A stretch of 64,000 nucleotides of DNA from Octopus sinensis (taxonomy: Eukaryota), in contig NC_043008.1 in the NCBI RefSeq assembly GCF_006345805.1, forward strand, positions 52,204,001 through 52,268,000, read 5' to 3'. The notes under the pieces were generated by a model that was given only the letters and a program-made list of their open reading frames with translations, was not told the origin of the DNA and ran no database searches. Each line of letters begins with the position of its first letter. Position 1 is the stretch's first letter. This document shows, piece after piece, positions 57,909 to 64,000 of this stretch. A program made the position numbers and the translations under genes.

Positions 57909-58261
57909 CTGTTACATCAGTGAAAGTAAAGAAAGAAAAGTTGAATTTTCACACCTAAAAGCTTACTGGAATATTCTAGAACTTCTTGGTGGGTTTATAA
58001 AACCCTGTTATTCAAGTTTTTTTGTGAGTTTTTTCTTATTACAGCCAGAGGCCATGTGTCTGTTGGCTCACATTTGATAAAATAGTTTTCATCCTTTTCA
58101 TCCATATCTGATAATATAATTTTTAACCTTTAACCTTCTCTCTTAGAGATTGTTTCTGTAGTAACTGATAATTATATTCTAATTTATAAAGAAACATTTG
58201 ACAATTTATTATTTCTTAATTCACACACATAATGTATTTAACAAATTGTATGTTATGTATC

Positions 58262-60915
58262 TATCATCATCATTATCATCATCGTTTAGCATCTGCTTTC
58301 CATGCTAGCATGGGTTGAACGGTTCAACTGGGGTCTGGGAAGCCAGAAGGCTGCACCAGGCCCAGTTTGATCTGGCAATGTTTCTACAGCTGGATGCCCT
58401 TCCTAACGCCAACCACTCCATGAGTGTAGTGGGTGCTTTTTATGTGCCACCGGCACACATGCCAGACGAGTCTGGCAAACGGCCACGATCGGATGGTGCT
58501 TTTTATGTGACACAAGCACGGGGGCCAGGCGAGGCTGGCTACGGCCACGAACGGATGGTGCTTTTTACGTGCCACCGGCACGTGGCCAGTCGGGGCCGCG
58601 CTGGCAACGGCCATGTTTGGATGGTTCTCTTACGTGCCACCGGCACTGGTAACTCAGCTGCAATTTCCATTGATTGATTTCGATTCTGATTTTCACTTGC
58701 CTCAACAGGTCTTCACAAGTAGAGTTTTGTGTCCCAAGAAGGGAAGGTATGCATAAGTGGGCTGGCTACATCCCATGTAGAAGGCCACGGGTTATGGTCT
58801 CACTTGTCCTGCTGGGTCTTCTCACGCACAGCATACTTCCAGAGGTCTCGGTCTCTAGTCATTTCCTCAGTGAGACCTAAAGTTCGAAGGTCGTGGTTCA
58901 CCACCTCGTCCCAGGTTTTCCTGGGTCTGCCTCTTCCACAGGTTCCCTCAACTGCTAGGGTGTGGCACCTTTTCACACAACTATCTTCATCCATTCTCGC
59001 CACATGCCCATACCAGCGCAAACGTCTCTCTTGCACACCACATCTGATGCTTCTTAGGTCCAGCTTTTCTCTCAAGGTACTTACACTCTGTCGAGTATGA
59101 ATACTGACATTACACATCCATTGGAGCATACTGGCTTCATTTCTCGTGAGCTTACGCATATCCTCAGCAGTCACGGCCCATGTTTCACTGCCATGTAGCA
59201 TGGCTGTTCGTACACACACGTCATACAGTCTGCCTTTTACTCTGAGCGAGAGGCCTTTTGTCACCAGCAGAGGTAAGAGCTCTCTGAACTTTGCCCAAGC
59301 TATTCTTACTCTAGCAGTTACACTTTCAGCACACCCGCCCCCGCTTCTGACTTGGTCACCTAGGTAACGGAAGCTATCAACTATTTCTAGTTTTTCTTCC
59401 TGGAAAGTGACAGAAGTTGGTCTCAGAGCATTTTCAGTGTTTATTGTTCCTGAGCATCTGCCACATACAAAAACCATCTTCCTAGTTAGCCTTCCTTTGA
59501 CATTGCTGCACCTCTTATGTGTCCATAGCTTACACTTGGTGCATCTTATAGAGTTTCTAACTACGCCTTTTCTACAGATCGAGCAGGGCCGTCTACCTGA
59601 AGGCGTTTGTGATTTGTCTACCTTCCTACTTATTAGGACTTTGGTAATTGCTAGATTGACTCTAAGGCCCTTCGATTCTAATCCTTCTTTCCACACCTGA
59701 AACTTCTCCTCCAGTTCTCATAGTGACTCAGCGATTAGAGCAAGGTCATCAGCATAGAGGAGCTCCCAAGGGCATCCTGTCTTGAATTCCTCCGTTATTG
59801 CCTGGAGGACTATGATAAGTAGGAGGGAGCTGAGGACTGAGCCTTGGTGGACCTCTACCTCTACCTGGAATTCTTCACTGTACTCGTTGCCAACCCTCAC
59901 CTTACTAGCAGCGTCCCTGTACATGGCTTGCACAGCTCTCACTAACCATTCATCTATCCCTAGTTTCCTCATTGACCACCAGATAAGGGATTGGGGGACC
60001 CTGTCGAAGGCTTTCTCCATGTCAACAAAAGCCAGGTACAGGAGCTTATCTTTGGCTAGGTATTTCTCCTGCAGCTGCCTTACCAGGAATATAGCATCAG
60101 TGGTACTTTTCCCTGGCACGAACCCAAACTGCATCTCATCTAAACTAACTCTCACTCTAATTAGTTGGGCTATGACCCTCTCCATAACCTTCATCACCTG
60201 ATCCAACAGCTTGATACCTCTGTAATTATTTGTATCTAGGGCGTCACCTTTACCTTTGTAGCAGTTGACTATTATGCTGCTACACCAGTCATTGGGTATG
60301 ACTCCTTCGTGTATCACCTGATTAACTATACGGGTGACTAGGCTATAGCCGACACTATCAGATATTTTGAGCATCTCTATGGTGATTCCTGATGGGCCTG
60401 GGGCTTTCCCTGTCTTCATGCTTCTAATTGCCTTAACTACCAAGGAACTGTCAACTCGGATAGCTGGTCCCTCTGTTGGGTCAACATTTGGCAGACTCTC
60501 TTTATCCCATTCATTTTCTTTAGTCAGCAACCTTTCATAGTGGCGTCTCCAAACCTCTCTCTTTGCATCCTCATTTAGCGCAAGTGAACCATCTTCCATG
60601 TGAACACACTTCTCTCCTACCACATCACAATTCTCTCTCACACACTGTCTTGCAACGCGAAACACCTCCAGTCTTTGGTCCTCATGGCGCAGAACATTGG
60701 CAAATTTTTTCTTATCTGCTTCCCCTCTGGCTAGATAGACCTGTTTCCTAGTTTCCCTTTTGGCAGTCTGATACAATTCCCTGCTACCACCATTCTTCCA
60801 GTCCTTCAAAGTCTGTCTCTTTTCTCTAATAGCCCTGTCTACAACACTGTTCCACCCATACCTTTGGACGAGAGAGGACATTGCACCAGCCACAGATCTG
60901 GTTAGTGGCGCTCAG
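58262..60915 (-). mobile_element. RTE-clade LINE, 5'-truncated; RT ORF intact except for one TGA at about 59718
   Basis: The 391-aa and 298-aa ORFs are in the same frame (AESL*ELEEKF); 3' UTR repeats and (GAT)n tail present. Confidence 0.92.
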
Positions 60916-61504
60916 GGGTGGAGGGGGTGGAGGGGATGGAGGGGTGGAGGGGATGGAGAGGGTAGAGGAGGTGGGAGGAAGCGGTGTGAGGAACTTTGAC
61001 TAGCATAGTTGAAAGGGGACCGCAGTGTCGATAATAATTATTATTTGATAACTAATATAGACTTGGGGCAAAAGAGGTAACATCTGAGTTCGTCAGGCAA
61101 TCTAACTAGTCCATAAACTAGGAAGAGGTTCTGTTAATCGTGTGAGCAAGAAAGTAGGTTTGAAAAATCTGAGAAAGTGAGATTTTAGTGGAAAGATAAG
61201 TGGCTATGAACCGGGAGCAACAGGGAGACAAGACTAAACGAAAAACATATTTGAGCTAGACAGAGTAATGAGAGAATACTGAGAGAATACTGAAAGAAAG
61301 AAAGAAAGAATAATATAATGAGAGAGTACTGAAAGAACAATATAATATGAGAGTAATCGAAGAATAATGAAAGAATAATGATGATACGTGCAAAGATAGA
61401 AGGTAGAGGAAAGCGAGGCTGAAAGAAGAATTTCTTAACTTTAACCATTCATGATCTGTGCGTATTTCTTCATTACATATTTGGAAGCGAGTGGGGGGGT
61501 ATAT

Positions 61505-62283
61505 TATAATAATAATAATAATGAAATTATCGTATACAGTGCTCAGGTGCACCACAACTTGTCAGAAAGTACATATAAAGTACATGCAGCAATGTAGAAA
61601 TGTCTGGAAAGTGAACAGTGTATGAGTCAGATACATGCTTGTGTGTGTATGGAGGGGAGAAAATCAAGTGTAGTGTTGGCGAATCTCAGGAAGCATGGAA
61701 GTTTTGAAGGATGCAGTGCTCCGACAACTAACAACCGATGCCGGCAGTTTGTTCCACGCTTCAGCAACTCTCAGTGTGAAAAAATGTTTCCTGAAGTCAT
61801 GGGAGCTGTGCTGTTTTCTTACTTTGTAAATATGTCCACGGGTGTTAGATGGGTGGAGTTTGAAGAGGTGCTCAGAGTTATTGTTTGTGCGATGGTTGAT
61901 AATTTTATGGGTGTCTGCCAAGTCAGCTGCCAGATGTCGGAGTTTCAATGTGTCCATGCCCAGGGAAGTAAGGCGTTCAGGATATGGCAAATGTCTGATG
62001 GAGGGTATTCTTTTGGTTGCACGTCGCTGAACAGCTTCCAGACGATTGATGTCCTGGGCAAGATAGGGGTTCCAGACCGGTGATGCAAATTCCAGGTGAG
62101 GTCTTACCATAGCTATATAAAGCCGCAGATAGATAGCCGGAGAGCGGCTCACAAAATATTTGGTGAGTGATGCCAAGACACCCTCAGCCTTCTTGACAAT
62201 TTTAGCGATGTGTTTTGTCCAACGCAAATCACTGTCGACAATAACACCCAGGTCACGTTAACTTGAAGACTTTTTGAGACTAG
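61505..62283 (-). mobile_element. 5'-truncated copy of the CR1 LINE at 28404-33050
   Basis: Nearly the same ORF2 C-terminus (187 aa), 3' UTR and (ATT)n tail, with scattered substitutions. Confidence 0.95.
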
Positions 62284-62359
62284 TATTAAAAGTGTTTAGT
62301 GTTATAAATAAACATTTTTGACTTAATTGCTTTCCCTTATTAATATTTCAACATGATAA

Positions 62360-62560
62360 GGTGGTGAGCTGGCAGAATCATTAGCACATAGGGAAAATGC
62401 TTAGCGGCATTTCGTTCATCTTTATGTTATGTGTTCAAATTCCACTGGAGTTGTCTTTACCTTTCATCCTTTCAGGGGTTGATAAAATAAGTACTGGGGT
62501 CAATGAAATAGACTTAACTCCCTTCCCCAAAATGGGCTGGCCTTGTGCCAAAATTTGAAA
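62360..62560 (+). mobile_element. SINE family B
   Basis: Head GGTGAGCTGGCAGAATCATTAGC...GTTCAAATTCC plus the central GCCTTTCATCCTT..GGGGTTGATAAA domain. Confidence 0.75.
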
Positions 62561-62595
62561 TCAATATTTCACCATGTTCACATAACACAACTTAC

Positions 62596-62771
62596 ATAAC
62601 TAATGATATTTCTTTTGACTGTGAATAAAAACAGTTTTTAGGGTGATTGAGACTACAGAATTGAAAAAGTGCTTTGCTATTATCCATTTTAATAAAAAAC
62701 AAAACTTTAGACCTAGCATAAAGTGAACACAGAAAAGTGATGTTGAGTGATTCATCCAAATCATCTACTTT
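62596..62771 (-). CDS. Host-gene exon (CatSper epsilon/delta-like, tentative)
   Basis: ttctttttag| acceptor, AT|gtaagt donor, 176 nt open (phase 0 to 2); joins in frame with 62957-63168 across a 185-nt intron. Confidence 0.75.
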
Positions 62772-62956
62772 CTAAAAAGAAGTTATTAATACATATCTGT
62801 GTGTTTTACTGAATTATATATGTGCATACATGTCTGTAACATATCTCATTTACTCAAATCCAGAAACCCTGCAAACAAATACTACATTGAAGTCAAGTCA
62901 ACCACTTATACTCCTTTGAAACTAAAAAAAAAAAATAAATAAAATAAATTACTCAC

Positions 62957-63168
62957 AATTGTGTCTAACCAAAAATTTCCATAGTCAAAACTCGATAACT
63001 CTATTGTTGAATTTGTATTCATTTCCTTTGGAAGGAAGAATGATGTATTTGATGTTCTAGAATTTGTTCTAAATTTTATATAGCGTGTCACATCAGGTTT
63101 TATTTGGAAAGACTTACGATAAAAGTAATTCATCTCACTGAATAAAACTGCAATGTTCCAATGTACCC
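62957..63168 (-). CDS. Host-gene exon (CatSper epsilon/delta-like, tentative)
   Basis: tttttctattaccttctag| acceptor, ATT|gtgagt donor, 212 nt open (phase 1 to 0): (G)VHWNIAVLFSEMNYFY...SSFDYGNFWLDTI. Confidence 0.75.
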
Positions 63169-63933
63169 CTAGAAGGTAATAGAAAAATCTTGACATTAAT
63201 GGCAACAAAATTTCTAAATTAATAAACATAAAAGAATAATTGTTATGTAAGGAGGGAAATTAAAAATGAAATTATTAGAATATGATTGGAAAACATTTCA
63301 CCATAGATTTATTACATTTCTTTTCATTTACAATTTATTTAGATTTGATGTCAAAAATTTTATAAACTTTGAAGAGAATTTGAAAAAGTGCTTTTTTGGA
63401 ACAGCAGATCTCAAAGCACACACACATAAAGTTATAAATAAGAGTATGTAAATGTTAGGTTGGAAATCCCTTTTGGATAAAAAAATAAGTGAAAGGCTGT
63501 CTTAGGACTCAATCTAATCTCCCCCGTAGACTTGACAGATGTTCTACCACTGGACCAAAGCAATCCTTCAAACTTTTATGTCCATTTTAGAAGCTTTATT
63601 CTTACCAATGAAAATCATATGTTGTTGATGTCATAATAATTTTTCTATAAACTTTTGAGAGAATGTGAATTAATTCTTATTTTCAGAATACCTCAAAGCC
63701 TTTGGCTAATTCTATCCAAAAAGGTTTTTCAATGCAATATTTACATGCTAAATTTCTGAACTGGATAGGAAAAATCTTGAGAAAATATTAAAAAGTTTAT
63801 TAAAAATATTAGGATTTCATTAAAAATCATGTTTGTTAGGAAGTATCTATATATATACACAGAAAATTATAAGTTCAAAAAGGTCATATTTTGGTGGTGT
63901 ATATATATACACAGAAGGAGATATATTTAGGAG

Positions 63934-64000
63934 TTTACAAAGAATTTGAGATGAACTGACCTGTTTCACCCTTTTATCGTTTTCAGAATGTACTAAGGAG
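63934..64000 (+). repeat. Second copy of the leader preceding the hAT fragment at 38679 (runs off the window)
   Basis: 67 nt match to 38679-38745 with one substitution. Confidence 0.85.

Noticed and set aside
61030-61100. CTGACGA...GACAC-TGCG-GTC on the minus strand
   Set aside because: GAAA is mutated and there is no stem I complementarity.
63606-63760. Upstream exon or start codon for the host gene (ATG at 63618; alternative 69-nt exon from 63760)
   Set aside because: Good splice signals, but the frames contain stops or give incompatible phases. I could not establish a consistent model.

Overview
Repeat-dense animal genomic DNA. The repeat repertoire (RTE LINEs with (GAT)n tails, tRNA-headed SINEs, long (AT)n/(CA)n tracts) looks cephalopod, probably Octopus; this is an inference. 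Most of the window is transposon debris: about 10 RTE copies, one near full-length CR1-clade LINE plus a truncated copy, several Penelope-like element (PLE) remnants, an RLE-type (R4/Dong-like) LINE end, Tx1/L1-like pieces, a decayed autonomous Helitron and non-autonomous Helitrons, hAT/Tigger/mariner fragments and a 1.2-kb deleted Gypsy element with a 4-bp TSD. These appear to lie in the introns of one minus-strand multi-exon gene (exons from at least 63168 down to 19692). From memory, its peptides resemble the CatSper auxiliary subunit epsilon/delta family. Three signals are most worth following up. (1) The CR1 ORF2 has no usable AUG and is joined to ORF1 by a canonical -1 slippery site, G GGA AAC UAA. 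(2) At least eight hammerhead-ribozyme-like motifs occur in at least five unrelated repeat families, including long-stem-II, loopless-stem-III/U6 and CUA-triplet variants. (3) A Tx1-like retroposon encodes ORF1 only. All alignments and folds were done by eye, and element boundaries are approximate unless a TSD or splice site is quoted. A 100-N gap lies at 57651-57750.
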